A stretch of DNA of 64,000 bases, from IMG/VR virus record IMGVR_UViG_3300019776_000324, positions 280,245 to 344,244 of that record; one strand, 5' to 3'. Positions 53,704-61,782 of this stretch are shown here, piece after piece (the stretch's first letter is position 1; the number at the start of each line of letters is the position of its first letter). A program made the translations under genes and the position numbers. Below the pieces are notes generated by a model. The model had not been told where the DNA came from, did no database searches, and saw nothing but the letters and a program-made list of their open reading frames with translations.

Positions 53704-54030
53704 ATGAGCAGAACAAAAAGATTTAAACATGATAAATGGTTAATTAAAGAAAATCGTTTATTACAGGATTTTGAAAGAGTGAGCGGCACTTACACTTGGG
53801 TTTATGTTGACATAGATCCTACTAGTAAGGAAGCTCGTAAGCGTATAGCAAAACTACACAGTGATGCTAAAAAGGGAGTGATGCGTTGGCGTGGGCCAGG
53901 TTGGTTTGTCCACGAATATCATCAAGTTCCTTATCGCCAACAAGCTCGGCGTGAACTACATAAGTTCATGAAAAATCCTGATTATGAAGTACAAATACCG
54001 CGTAAGCCACATTTGACTTACTGGTATTAA
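53704..54030 (+). CDS. Hypothetical basic protein
   Basis: SD GGAGG before MSRTKRF. Confidence 0.6.
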   Translation: MSRTKRFKHDKWLIKENRLLQDFERVSGTYTWVYVDIDPTSKEARKRIAKLHSDAKKGVMRWRGPGWFVHEYHQVPYRQQARRELHKFMKNPDYEVQIPRKPHLTYWY

Positions 54031-54040
54031 CAGTTTCAAA

Positions 54041-54114
54041 GCGGGATTCGTAAAATGGTATTACCTTAGATTTCCAATCTAAAGTCAGGAGTTCGATTCT
54101 CCTATCCCGCTCCA
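54041..54114 (+). tRNA. tRNA-Gly(TCC)
   Basis: Cloverleaf; CCA. Confidence 0.9.
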
Positions 54115-54152
54115 CTACTCCGTCTTAAGGTTGGACGAAAACTAACCCCTAT

Positions 54153-54226
54153 TGAGCTATGGTGTAATGGCAACACTACGGATTTTGATTCCGTCATTCT
54201 AGGTTCGAGTCCTAGTAGCTCTGCCA
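54153..54226 (+). tRNA. tRNA-Gln(TTG)
   Basis: Cloverleaf; G73. Confidence 0.88.
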
Positions 54227-54279
54227 AACAACACGGCTCCCTTCTGTTGCTTAATTGAACAGCTAGGGAGTTCTTTTAT

Positions 54280-54354
54280 GCCTCGTTAGCTCAGGAGTAG
54301 AGCAGGACTCTTACAAAGTCAAGGTCGGTGGTGCGAAACCATCACGAGGCACCA
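54280..54354 (+). tRNA. tRNA-Val(TAC)
   Basis: Cloverleaf; atypical T loop UGCGAAA. Confidence 0.85.
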
Positions 54355-54370
54355 CTTATAAAGGAACTAT

Positions 54371-54601
54371 ATGTTTAAAGTATATTGGACGGATCACAGT
54401 AACACACCGCAGGGTATTTACACAAATACCTTAACAGGTGCGTTGCGACTTACTGAAGAAAAGCGTCAAGCTGGTTATACTTTTGTAACAATGGTTTCAG
54501 AAGATCCTAACAGTGTAGGTAAATCTGGAGTTGATAGTGTAGTAGATGGTAAGTTGCCCGATGGCGAAGATTATACTTGGATGATGAGGAGAACACAATG
54601 A
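54371..54601 (+). CDS. Hypothetical protein
   Basis: SD AAGGA. Confidence 0.6.
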   Translation: MFKVYWTDHSNTPQGIYTNTLTGALRLTEEKRQAGYTFVTMVSEDPNSVGKSGVDSVVDGKLPDGEDYTWMMRRTQ

Positions 54602-54978
54602 AGATAACTGAAGATCAATTTAGATACGAATGGTTTTCTGGCACCGGTAAAGGAGGACAGCATCGTAACAAGCATCAAAATTGTTGTCGTTGCGTTCATG
54701 TGCCTACTGGAATTACTGCCAACGGCACTAATAGTCGCAGTCGCGAAGACAATAAGGCAAATGCCCGAGCAGTATGTCTAGCTCGTGTTGGGCGCTACTT
54801 CCACAAAGATACAGAACGATTCCGTGCTACAAACGAAAGAGTGAGAACTTATCATGCTGTTGACAACATAGTATATGATCATGCCAGTGGCGAGAAAGAT
54901 ACCTATCAAAATGTTGTTACCAAAGGCAACATTGATCACTTAATCGAGGCAAGAGCAAAGACCGTAGGAGGCAAATAA
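54598..54978 (+). CDS. GGQ peptidyl-tRNA hydrolysis domain protein (ArfB/PrfH-like)
   Basis: FSGTGKGGQHRNK..C.R..HVPTGI....SRS..DN; no codon-recognition domain. Confidence 0.85.
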   Translation: MKITEDQFRYEWFSGTGKGGQHRNKHQNCCRCVHVPTGITANGTNSRSREDNKANARAVCLARVGRYFHKDTERFRATNERVRTYHAVDNIVYDHASGEKDTYQNVVTKGNIDHLIEARAKTVGGK

Positions 54979-55370
54979 TGAGATTTTATGCGGTAGGTAA
55001 CATGTACCTAAGTTCAATACAACAAGGAATACAGGCTGCACACTGCGTGGGCGAAATGGCCTTGAAGATTCTTGGCAACAAGTTAGTCAGTGAATGGTTA
55101 CATACACACAAGACATTAATTTGTCTTAACGGTGGCAATAACAAATCACTAAATGACTTTTATGATTTAGTAAGATATCAAAGTCAATTCCCTGTGGCTA
55201 AGTTTCATGAAGATGAAGAAAGTCTTGGCGGTGTATTGACTTGTGTTGGTATTATTGTACCCAAAGAGATTTATGAAGCAGATTTAGATGATCCTTATCT
55301 TGTAGATAGACTAGGATCAGATGGATTTGAAATTGCTAGAGCACTGAAATCAATGCCCTTAGCAAGATAA
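54978..55370 (+). CDS. Peptidyl-tRNA hydrolase 2 (Pth2)-like protein
   Basis: QQGIQAAH; W....K.LICL.G; F.ED...L....T.VG. Confidence 0.65.
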   Translation: MRFYAVGNMYLSSIQQGIQAAHCVGEMALKILGNKLVSEWLHTHKTLICLNGGNNKSLNDFYDLVRYQSQFPVAKFHEDEESLGGVLTCVGIIVPKEIYEADLDDPYLVDRLGSDGFEIARALKSMPLAR

Positions 55371-55446
55371 GCACCCTAAGCTAACCTGGTGGAAGCGTAT
55401 GCCTGAAGAGCATGAGGGCTTGGTTCGAAACCAAGAGGGTGCACCA
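55371..55446 (+). tRNA. tRNA-Phe(GAA)
   Basis: Cloverleaf; CCA. Confidence 0.88.
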
Positions 55447-55448
55447 AA

Positions 55449-55538
55449 GCCCGGGTGGCGAAATCGGTAGACGCACTTCTCTCAAAAGGAAGAAGGAAAA
55501 ACACCTAGTTGTGAGTTCGAATCTCATCCCGGGCACCA
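55449..55538 (+). tRNA. tRNA-Leu(CAA)
   Basis: Leu-type D loop; variable arm. Confidence 0.88.
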
Positions 55539-55539
55539 C

Positions 55540-55613
55540 GCTCTCATAGTATAATGGCATTACACTACATTGGTAATGTAGAAACTCTGGATCGTAACCA
55601 GGTGAGAGCACCA
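55540..55613 (+). tRNA. tRNA-Thr(GGT)
   Basis: Cloverleaf; atypical T loop AUCGUAA. Confidence 0.8.
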
Positions 55614-55619
55614 AACAAT

Positions 55620-55695
55620 GGTGCAGTTAGTGTAGAGGTTAGCACCCCGGATTGTGATTCCGTTAGCATGGGTTCGAATCCCATACAGCACCCCA
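55620..55695 (+). tRNA. tRNA-His(GTG)
   Basis: Encoded G-1 opposite C73. Confidence 0.88.
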
Positions 55696-55697
55696 GA

Positions 55698-55726
55698 TTG
55701 ACAAATAAACCCATTTCGGGTATAAT
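55698..55726 (+). promoter_or_regulatory. Consensus sigma70 promoter (copy 1)
   Basis: TTGACA-17-TATAAT; near-identical to 57361. Confidence 0.85.
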
Positions 55727-55754
55727 GTAGTATAAACTAAGAAAGGAGCAAGCA

Positions 55755-56054
55755 ATGAAAGTAGTCAAATTAGACAAGCGTCATCGCTTGTTTCGTCGAG
55801 GTATGACCCATGCTTTTCGATTTGAAAACGATTGGATTAACCAACGCCTAGTAGAAAATACTCTAACTGATATGTATGGCTGGGGATATGGTAATCGTAA
55901 CTGGGATACCTTCCGCGGTAAAGTTAAAATCAATCGCGATAGTCGTGGATTGTACGACAGCCGTGTTCATACCTATTGGATAGGTGTTCGTAATGAAGCA
56001 GATCTAACCATGATCATGCTTCGAGTTAATTTACAAGACAAGGAGATATCGTGA
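55755..56054 (+). CDS. Hypothetical protein
   Basis: SD AAGGAG. Confidence 0.6.
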   Translation: MKVVKLDKRHRLFRRGMTHAFRFENDWINQRLVENTLTDMYGWGYGNRNWDTFRGKVKINRDSRGLYDSRVHTYWIGVRNEADLTMIMLRVNLQDKEIS

Positions 56055-56497
56055 GTGAGTTGAATAAACTTATTGGAAAACGCATTAACGGCATTTTCCT
56101 AAACGAAGACAATACTGTGGTAGTGTTTCGCACTATTGAAGACGAACGCATTGCCTTCTATACTCACGGTGATTGTTGCAACACTGTGTACATCAATCAC
56201 TTTCAAGGGCGTGATGTAGTCGGTGAAGGCAATGCTTTTGATTTGTTGCGTGGTGCTCTTGTTACTGCGGTAGAAGAAAAAGAGTGGGTAGCAATTGATG
56301 ACGACGAAACTGAGTATGACGATGATTCATATGGTGGTGGTTGTGTAGAGGATGGTTTCTTTACCATACGCACTAACCGCGGCTACATTGATTTTGAAGT
56401 GCGTAACGAGCACAATGGCTACTACAGTGGTCACTTGAGTGATTGGGATGATGAGATAGATTTGGCTACTCTGCGTCCATTAACAGAAGATTTTTAA
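56051..56497 (+). CDS. Hypothetical acidic protein
   Basis: SD AAGGAG; DCC..YI; EHNGYYSG. Confidence 0.6.
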   Translation: MSELNKLIGKRINGIFLNEDNTVVVFRTIEDERIAFYTHGDCCNTVYINHFQGRDVVGEGNAFDLLRGALVTAVEEKEWVAIDDDETEYDDDSYGGGCVEDGFFTIRTNRGYIDFEVRNEHNGYYSGHLSDWDDEIDLATLRPLTEDF

Positions 56498-56507
56498 GGA
56501 GATAACG

Positions 56508-56858
56508 ATGTCATTATATAATATGTTGTTTGGTATGAATCCAGACGCAGACAAGCTATTGTCTCTTTTGGATGCTACACAGGAGGACTTTGGTCGCTTT
56601 CGTAATGTTTACATGGAAGATGGTTATATCGTTGTTCACACTCGTTGTGGTGGTGGCAATCGAGAAGATTACTTTCCAGACTGGGTCGAGGACCATCCGT
56701 GGTATAGTCATGACGCAGATCAAGATTTTGACTGCACTTATGCAGACATCTACTTCAAGTTGCCCGAGGACAAGTATAAGACTTTTGCGTCTTTGCTTGA
56801 CCCAGGTGCTAATCCAGAAGAGCAATGGAGTAGTTTGCTAAAAGAGTTGAAGACTTAA
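56508..56858 (+). CDS. Hypothetical protein
   Basis: SD AAGGAG; HTRCGGGNRE. Confidence 0.6.
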   Translation: MSLYNMLFGMNPDADKLLSLLDATQEDFGRFRNVYMEDGYIVVHTRCGGGNREDYFPDWVEDHPWYSHDADQDFDCTYADIYFKLPEDKYKTFASLLDPGANPEEQWSSLLKELKT

Positions 56859-56920
56859 AACAGACCCCGCTTTGTCTAGTGTGCGATAACACTAGCACCA
56901 ACTAACTAAGGAGAAGTAAA

Positions 56921-57103
56921 ATGAAGCAAAGAAACATATATGCCGTATTGGCAAGTAAGAGGAAGGCGGGCTCGCACCGCAAGAGCAATAAAGCTCTAAG
57001 AAAATTAGCTAAACAGACGGGGTATGGTGAAAAGGTATCACATGGCACTTTTAATGCTTCGTTCAAGGTTCAAGTCCTTGTGCCCCGACCAAGTTTATAT
57101 TAA
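56921..57103 (+). CDS. Small basic peptide whose frame runs through tRNA-Lys
   Basis: SD AAGGAG; MKQRNIYAVLASKRKAGSHRKSNKALRKLAKQ; first stop lies after the tRNA. Confidence 0.55.
   Translation: MKQRNIYAVLASKRKAGSHRKSNKALRKLAKQTGYGEKVSHGTFNASFKVQVLVPRPSLY
57018..57091 (+). tRNA. tRNA-Lys(TTT)
   Basis: Cloverleaf; CCA. Confidence 0.85.
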
Positions 57104-57201
57104 AACACACTAAAATACATGGTCCGTCTTATTGGGCATCGCGGATCGAAGACATGGCATGTAAATGCAAAAATGGTTGCCTTAGTGTGTTTTAATATAA
57201 A
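57094..57201 (+). repeat. Long-stem hairpin element C
   Basis: TTTATATTAAAACACACTAA...TTAGTGTGTTTTAATATAAA, perfect 20-bp arms. Confidence 0.7.
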
Positions 57202-57276
57202 CTGCCCTTAGTACAACGGATAGTACAATCGGCTTCTACCCGATAAATGTGAGTTCGATTCTTGCAGGGCAGGCCA
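57202..57276 (+). tRNA. tRNA-Arg(TCT)
   Basis: Cloverleaf; CCA. Confidence 0.88.
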
Positions 57277-57281
57277 AATAC

Positions 57282-57358
57282 GGAAATGTAGCATAGTGGC
57301 TTAATGCAGTTGCTTCATACGCAACCTACCGTAGGTTCGAATCCTACCATTTCCACCA
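57282..57358 (+). tRNA. tRNA-Met(CAT), probably elongator
   Basis: Paired G1-C72; CAU anticodon. Confidence 0.82.
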
Positions 57359-57360
57359 GA

Positions 57361-57389
57361 TTGACAAATAAACCCATTTAGGGTATAAT
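57361..57389 (+). promoter_or_regulatory. Consensus sigma70 promoter (copy 2)
   Basis: TTGACA-17-TATAAT. Confidence 0.85.
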
Positions 57390-57419
57390 GTTTTATTAAC
57401 TTAGAGAAAGGAGCACGAT

Positions 57420-58607
57420 ATGGAAAATGTAAAAATGTGGGTAGGCGACATGGAAGTTGAGCGTGCTGCCTTGGATCAAATTCGCAATATTAGTCAATTA
57501 CCGATACTAGCCGGGCATATGGCTGTCATGCCAGATGTGCATATGGGCAAAGGTGCCACTGTGGGCTCGGTTATTCCTACTCGTGGTGCAATTATTCCTG
57601 CAGCAGTTGGTGTTGACATTGGGTGTGGTATGTGTGCTGTTATGACCAATTTGGTCGCCAGTGACCTGCCAGATTCTCTACACTCATTACGAAACTCTAT
57701 CGAGCGTGGTGTACCTGTTGGGTTTAACGAACACTCTCGTAGTTCTGTCAAGGTTAAAGGTGCAACTGCTGATAAATTGCGTCAAGCCGAAACCAAAATG
57801 TTTCAACGCTGGGAAAAACTGGCACTACGAGACAAATTGGGTCGTGCTGACCCATACAAAATTGCCAATCAAATTGGTACATTGGGCGGCGGCAATCATT
57901 TCATTGAAATCTGTTTAGATTTGGAAGATCGTGTTTGGGTTATGTTGCATTCGGGTTCGCGTGGTATCGGTAATCAAATCGGTACTGTGGCCATTAATAT
58001 GGCTAAAGAAATTGCTGTTCGCGAACAACGCAAGTTGGTTGACATGGACCTGGCATGGTTAGATGAAGGTACTGCTGAATTTAATGCTTATATCGAAGCC
58101 ATGCACTGGGCTCAGGATTATGCTATGCTTAATCGTGACACCATGATGCAGATTGTTTTACAAAACTTACGCCATATGTTTCCTAAGATGAAAACACTTG
58201 GTGAAATCGTAAATGCTCACCATAACTTTACTAACTTTGAGCAACACTTTGGTGAAGGTATGTGGATTACTCGTAAAGGTGCAGTATCTGCTCGTGAAGG
58301 ACAGATGGGTATTATTCCTGGTTCAATGGGTGCTAAATCATTCATTGTGCAAGGCAAGGGCAATGCTGACTCTTACTGTTCTTGTAGTCACGGTGCTGGT
58401 CGCAAGTACAGCCGCACAGGTGCTAAAAAGTTTTTCAACTTGGACGACTTAGCAACACAGACCGCCGGTGTTGAGTGTCGTAAAGATGAAGGCGTACTGG
58501 ACGAAATTCCGGGCGCTTACAAAGACATTGACCAAGTCATGGCAGCCCAGGCTGATCTAGTTAACATCGTACATACCTTGAAACAAGTTATGTGCATCAA
58601 AGGATAA
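57420..58607 (+). CDS. rtcB: RNA 3'-phosphate/5'-OH ligase RtcB
   Basis: MPDVH.G.G; VGVDIGCG; GTLGGGNHF; HSGSRG; HN; RKGA; PGSMG; HGAGR. Confidence 0.95.
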   Translation: MENVKMWVGDMEVERAALDQIRNISQLPILAGHMAVMPDVHMGKGATVGSVIPTRGAIIPAAVGVDIGCGMCAVMTNLVASDLPDSLHSLRNSIERGVPVGFNEHSRSSVKVKGATADKLRQAETKMFQRWEKLALRDKLGRADPYKIANQIGTLGGGNHFIEICLDLEDRVWVMLHSGSRGIGNQIGTVAINMAKEIAVREQRKLVDMDLAWLDEGTAEFNAYIEAMHWAQDYAMLNRDTMMQIVLQNLRHMFPKMKTLGEIVNAHHNFTNFEQHFGEGMWITRKGAVSAREGQMGIIPGSMGAKSFIVQGKGNADSYCSCSHGAGRKYSRTGAKKFFNLDDLATQTAGVECRKDEGVLDEIPGAYKDIDQVMAAQADLVNIVHTLKQVMCIKG

Positions 58608-58622
58608 TAGAAAGGAGGCACT

Positions 58623-59210
58623 ATGCCTAGTGTTTGGCTTACAAGCGATACGCACTTTGGTCACGAAGGTGTGTGCCGGTTTTTACAAGCAGATGGTGTG
58701 ACAAAACTTCGCCCGTGGACAGATCCAGCGGAGATGGATGAAGCCATGGTTGCGGCATGGAATGAACGGGTAGGACCAAAGGATAAAGTATATCACCTTG
58801 GTGATGTGGTTATTAATCGTCGGGCACTACCTATCCTAAACAGGCTTAACGGTGACAAAGTTCTTATCCGTGGTAATCACGATATTTTTAAGGACGAGGA
58901 TTACACTCCTTACTTTAGAAGTCTCAGAGCCTACCATGTCATGAATGGAATGATCCTCAGTCATATTCCTATTCATTCAGCTAGTCTCGGTCGTTTCGGA
59001 GTTAACATCCACGGACACTTACACGAAAAGCGTGTCATGCGTGATCTAGCTGTATGTGGGCGTTTGGATGTAGTTGATACCAGATACCATTGCGTATGCG
59101 TGGAGCAAACTCCAGACTTTGCACCTATCCTTTTTGAAGATGTTATCCAAAGAATCAAGGACGAAGGTGGTGTAGTTGGTTTTCAAAACGGTAATGGCCC
59201 TGCGATGTAG
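58623..59210 (+). CDS. Calcineurin-like metallophosphoesterase
   Basis: SDTHFGH; HLGD; GNHD; H.P; HGHLH. Confidence 0.9.
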   Translation: MPSVWLTSDTHFGHEGVCRFLQADGVTKLRPWTDPAEMDEAMVAAWNERVGPKDKVYHLGDVVINRRALPILNRLNGDKVLIRGNHDIFKDEDYTPYFRSLRAYHVMNGMILSHIPIHSASLGRFGVNIHGHLHEKRVMRDLAVCGRLDVVDTRYHCVCVEQTPDFAPILFEDVIQRIKDEGGVVGFQNGNGPAM

Positions 59211-59240
59211 TTGACAAACATGGCAGGGTCATGCTATAAT
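59211..59240 (+). promoter_or_regulatory. sigma70 promoter
   Basis: TTGACA-18-TATAAT. Confidence 0.65.
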
Positions 59241-59260
59241 ATACTTTTACAGGAGAAATC

Positions 59261-59485
59261 ATGAAACCAAGAATTGCAAGTCGTGGCCCAGGTATTGATA
59301 CTGAGGAATGTGTTCGACAAGCTGGTGGTGGCCGTTACGATCTAGTGTTAATTGGAGCCCAACGACTGCGCGAACTTAAACGCCAGCATCGCGAAAGTGG
59401 TCGCTATGTTACTCCTGTTGATGCGTTAATTGAGATTCAAGCAGGGCAAGTTAACCTAGCTGATTATCTAGCTAAAGTAAAATAA
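59261..59485 (+). CDS. RNA polymerase omega subunit-like protein
   Basis: RYDLVL.GAQR.REL..ALIEIQAG. Confidence 0.65.
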   Translation: MKPRIASRGPGIDTEECVRQAGGGRYDLVLIGAQRLRELKRQHRESGRYVTPVDALIEIQAGQVNLADYLAKVK

Positions 59486-59489
59486 GTTC

Positions 59490-60164
59490 ATGTACGATAT
59501 CTATGCTCTAGCTAGAGAGCGTAACGATTACTTAAAATTTACCACTACTGGCGATCATAAGATTGAAGTGTTTTATAAGATCGAACTAGACGGCGGTGGT
59601 ACTACTTTTGGGCAAGATTATTTGCCTGTAATTAAGGATCGTTACCCTGGCAGAGTTTTTGATAGAGCGTACGAGTGGTGTTCTGGTCCTGGATTCATTG
59701 GCTTTTCGTTACTGTCGCACGGAATATGTCGAACTGTTTGTTTGAGTGATTTGTATGATCCGTCAATCACAGCCGCAGAAGTTACTATTAACTTTGAACC
59801 AAACCAGTGCCAGGATCTAGCTACAGCGTATCTGTGTAAGGACCTGGGTCTTATACCCGAATATGAACAATTTGATTTAGTGGTCGCTAATCCGCCGCAC
59901 TTTAATGATGTTACTATGAATGACTACACTGGTATTAGAATTTCTAAAGATATCAACTGGACAGCGCATAGAAACTTTTTTAATAATATCAAGCGACATC
60001 TCGCCAAGGATGGTGTAATTTTATTACAAGAACATATCCATGGCGCTACAGTAGATGATTTGGCAGATATGATTAGTAACAATGGTTTAAAAATCACTGG
60101 CAATTTTCGTAGACCCAATGTTGACGAAACTGCTATGTATTATATTGAAATACAACATGCATAA
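59490..60164 (+). CDS. PrmC/HemK-like or N6-type methyltransferase
   Basis: EWCSGPGFIG; LSD; DLVVANPPHF. Confidence 0.7.
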   Translation: MYDIYALARERNDYLKFTTTGDHKIEVFYKIELDGGGTTFGQDYLPVIKDRYPGRVFDRAYEWCSGPGFIGFSLLSHGICRTVCLSDLYDPSITAAEVTINFEPNQCQDLATAYLCKDLGLIPEYEQFDLVVANPPHFNDVTMNDYTGIRISKDINWTAHRNFFNNIKRHLAKDGVILLQEHIHGATVDDLADMISNNGLKITGNFRRPNVDETAMYYIEIQHA

Positions 60165-60175
60165 GGAAAATTAAA

Positions 60176-60340
60176 ATGGCACAACCAAAACAAACAGCAA
60201 CAGAATTAAGTCGTACATTGGCAGGACAATGGTCTAAGAGTGAAAAGCGAGCAAAGGCAAGCCGTAGTATTATGGACTCTAATAAACGCACTCATGCCAT
60301 CAACAAGGCATTCAAACAGAATCAACTGTTAAATAAATAA
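60176..60340 (+). CDS. Hypothetical 54-aa basic protein
   Basis: SD AAGGA; MAQPKQTA...LLNK*. Confidence 0.5.
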   Translation: MAQPKQTATELSRTLAGQWSKSEKRAKASRSIMDSNKRTHAINKAFKQNQLLNK

Positions 60341-60347
60341 TGTAATA

Positions 60348-60440
60348 GGAGGGCTGGCCGAGCGGTCGAAGGCACCCGCCTACTAAGCGGGCATGGGTCT
60401 TAACAACTCATCTGGGGTTCGAATCCCTAGCCCTCCGCCA
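60348..60440 (+). tRNA. tRNA-Ser body with ACT anticodon
   Basis: CCCGC-CU-ACU-AA-GCGGG; long variable arm; G73; CCA. Confidence 0.85.
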
Positions 60441-60494
60441 AAATATTTCTTGTTGTAGCAGGCAAAATAAGTAGTAGACAACACAAGGAATATT

Positions 60495-60692
60495 ATGGCA
60501 ACCAAAAAAACATTACAAAGAAAAAAACCAGGCTTTACCAAAGCTGGTGTGGCTAAGATTGTTAGTATGAGCGTTAAACAACTAGTTACCGAATTAGATC
60601 GTACACAAAAGAACAAAGTCAAAGCCAAGATTCAACGCAGATTAAATCATTTTGGTTATGTAGCACCAGTAGTAGAAGCGGTAGCAGAATAA
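60495..60692 (+). CDS. Small basic hypothetical protein
   Basis: SD AAGGA. Confidence 0.55.
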   Translation: MATKKTLQRKKPGFTKAGVAKIVSMSVKQLVTELDRTQKNKVKAKIQRRLNHFGYVAPVVEAVAE

Positions 60693-60699
60693 GTTTCAA

Positions 60700-60775
60700 G
60701 CCCTTATAGCTCAGTTGGTAGAGCAACTGCTTTGTAAGCAGAAGGTCCGCGGTTCGAGTCCGTGTGAGGGCACCA
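60700..60775 (+). tRNA. tRNA-Thr(TGT)
   Basis: Cloverleaf; CCA. Confidence 0.92.
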
Positions 60776-60782
60776 CAAATAT

Positions 60783-61100
60783 ATGGCAACAAAGAAAAAC
60801 ATAGACCCAGGCAGGCCCATTAGTCGCCCAATGGCACCCATTAAAGCCGATACCACCTGGGGCAAGACTCTTAGTAAAGCAGAACTACTGGGTCTAATAG
60901 ATCGTATATACAAAAAACAAGAGGAAGAAAAAATGTCAAAACTTTCTGACACCCTAGCCAAAGCACTGGCAAAGAAACAAGGTAAAACTCATGTGGATGG
61001 CAACGATGCTGGTGCCACAGTAGAGAAGAAAGCTAAAGTTAAACCTTCAGCTGGGCCAGCTAAAAAGCCGCCAACTCGTAGTGCCGGCCGTGGCAGATGA
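60783..61100 (+). CDS. Basic hypothetical protein (possibly two fused ORFs; internal SD before MSKLSD)
   Basis: 105-aa Lys/Arg-rich ORF. Confidence 0.55.
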   Translation: MATKKNIDPGRPISRPMAPIKADTTWGKTLSKAELLGLIDRIYKKQEEEKMSKLSDTLAKALAKKQGKTHVDGNDAGATVEKKAKVKPSAGPAKKPPTRSAGRGR

Positions 61101-61195
61101 CCTTAATAGAATTTACCATAATGATAGTGCTGTACTGCATTTTGGTATGGGCCACTGCCTATGTGCATAAAAAATATTCTGATCCAGAAGAATGA
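61097..61195 (+). CDS. 32-aa single-TM peptide
   Basis: ATGA coupling on both sides; hydrophobic. Confidence 0.45.
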   Translation: MTLIEFTIMIVLYCILVWATAYVHKKYSDPEE

Positions 61196-61782
61196 GCTAT
61201 CAGCAAAAATACTTTCATTTATACAACGGTCCATATGGATTGGTTGACATAGCTCATCGCGGTATTTGGATCAACCTAGGCGAAGAGCAGTTGGTTCATC
61301 GCATCAAACAAGTTTTTAATTCAAAAATAACATCAGTAGTTGTTGATCTCTCAACATTCGTTAACTACTCTGAAAATTTAATAGATAGTGAAGTCTGTTT
61401 AAACTGGACAGTGCCGTACACTAAAAAACTATTATTATCAAGCCACTCACTAAACTATCACGATTTTAAAAAAACACAATTGGATTACAATTTAGTCGAC
61501 CCGTTGCTTAACACTCCTCCTAACATACTATTATCAAAAGATCAACAACTAGAATTGCAAGATCAAATTTTCTTTTATATAAAACTCAGTCGTTTTGACA
61601 CACAGTTTTCAGAAGATTCGTTGGCTACTAAATTTATAAAAATGCGAGATCATATTTTCTTAACGGAAATTGCAATTAGCGATATTGAAGAAAAAATGTA
61701 TAACTTATGTGATCAATATTTTTCAGTAGCGCCAATGGTTGCTAGTCAATACATATCAGTCATAGGTAAACTGTATGAATAA
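61192..61782 (+). CDS. Hypothetical protein
   Basis: Coupled ORF. Confidence 0.55.
   Translation: MSYQQKYFHLYNGPYGLVDIAHRGIWINLGEEQLVHRIKQVFNSKITSVVVDLSTFVNYSENLIDSEVCLNWTVPYTKKLLLSSHSLNYHDFKKTQLDYNLVDPLLNTPPNILLSKDQQLELQDQIFFYIKLSRFDTQFSEDSLATKFIKMRDHIFLTEIAISDIEEKMYNLCDQYFSVAPMVASQYISVIGKLYE

Noticed and set aside
49931-60961. ORFs at 49931, 50558, 51044, 51131, 52807, 53583, 55381, 55565, 60383 and 60704
   Set aside because: They overlap tRNA genes or structured spacers and are translation artefacts
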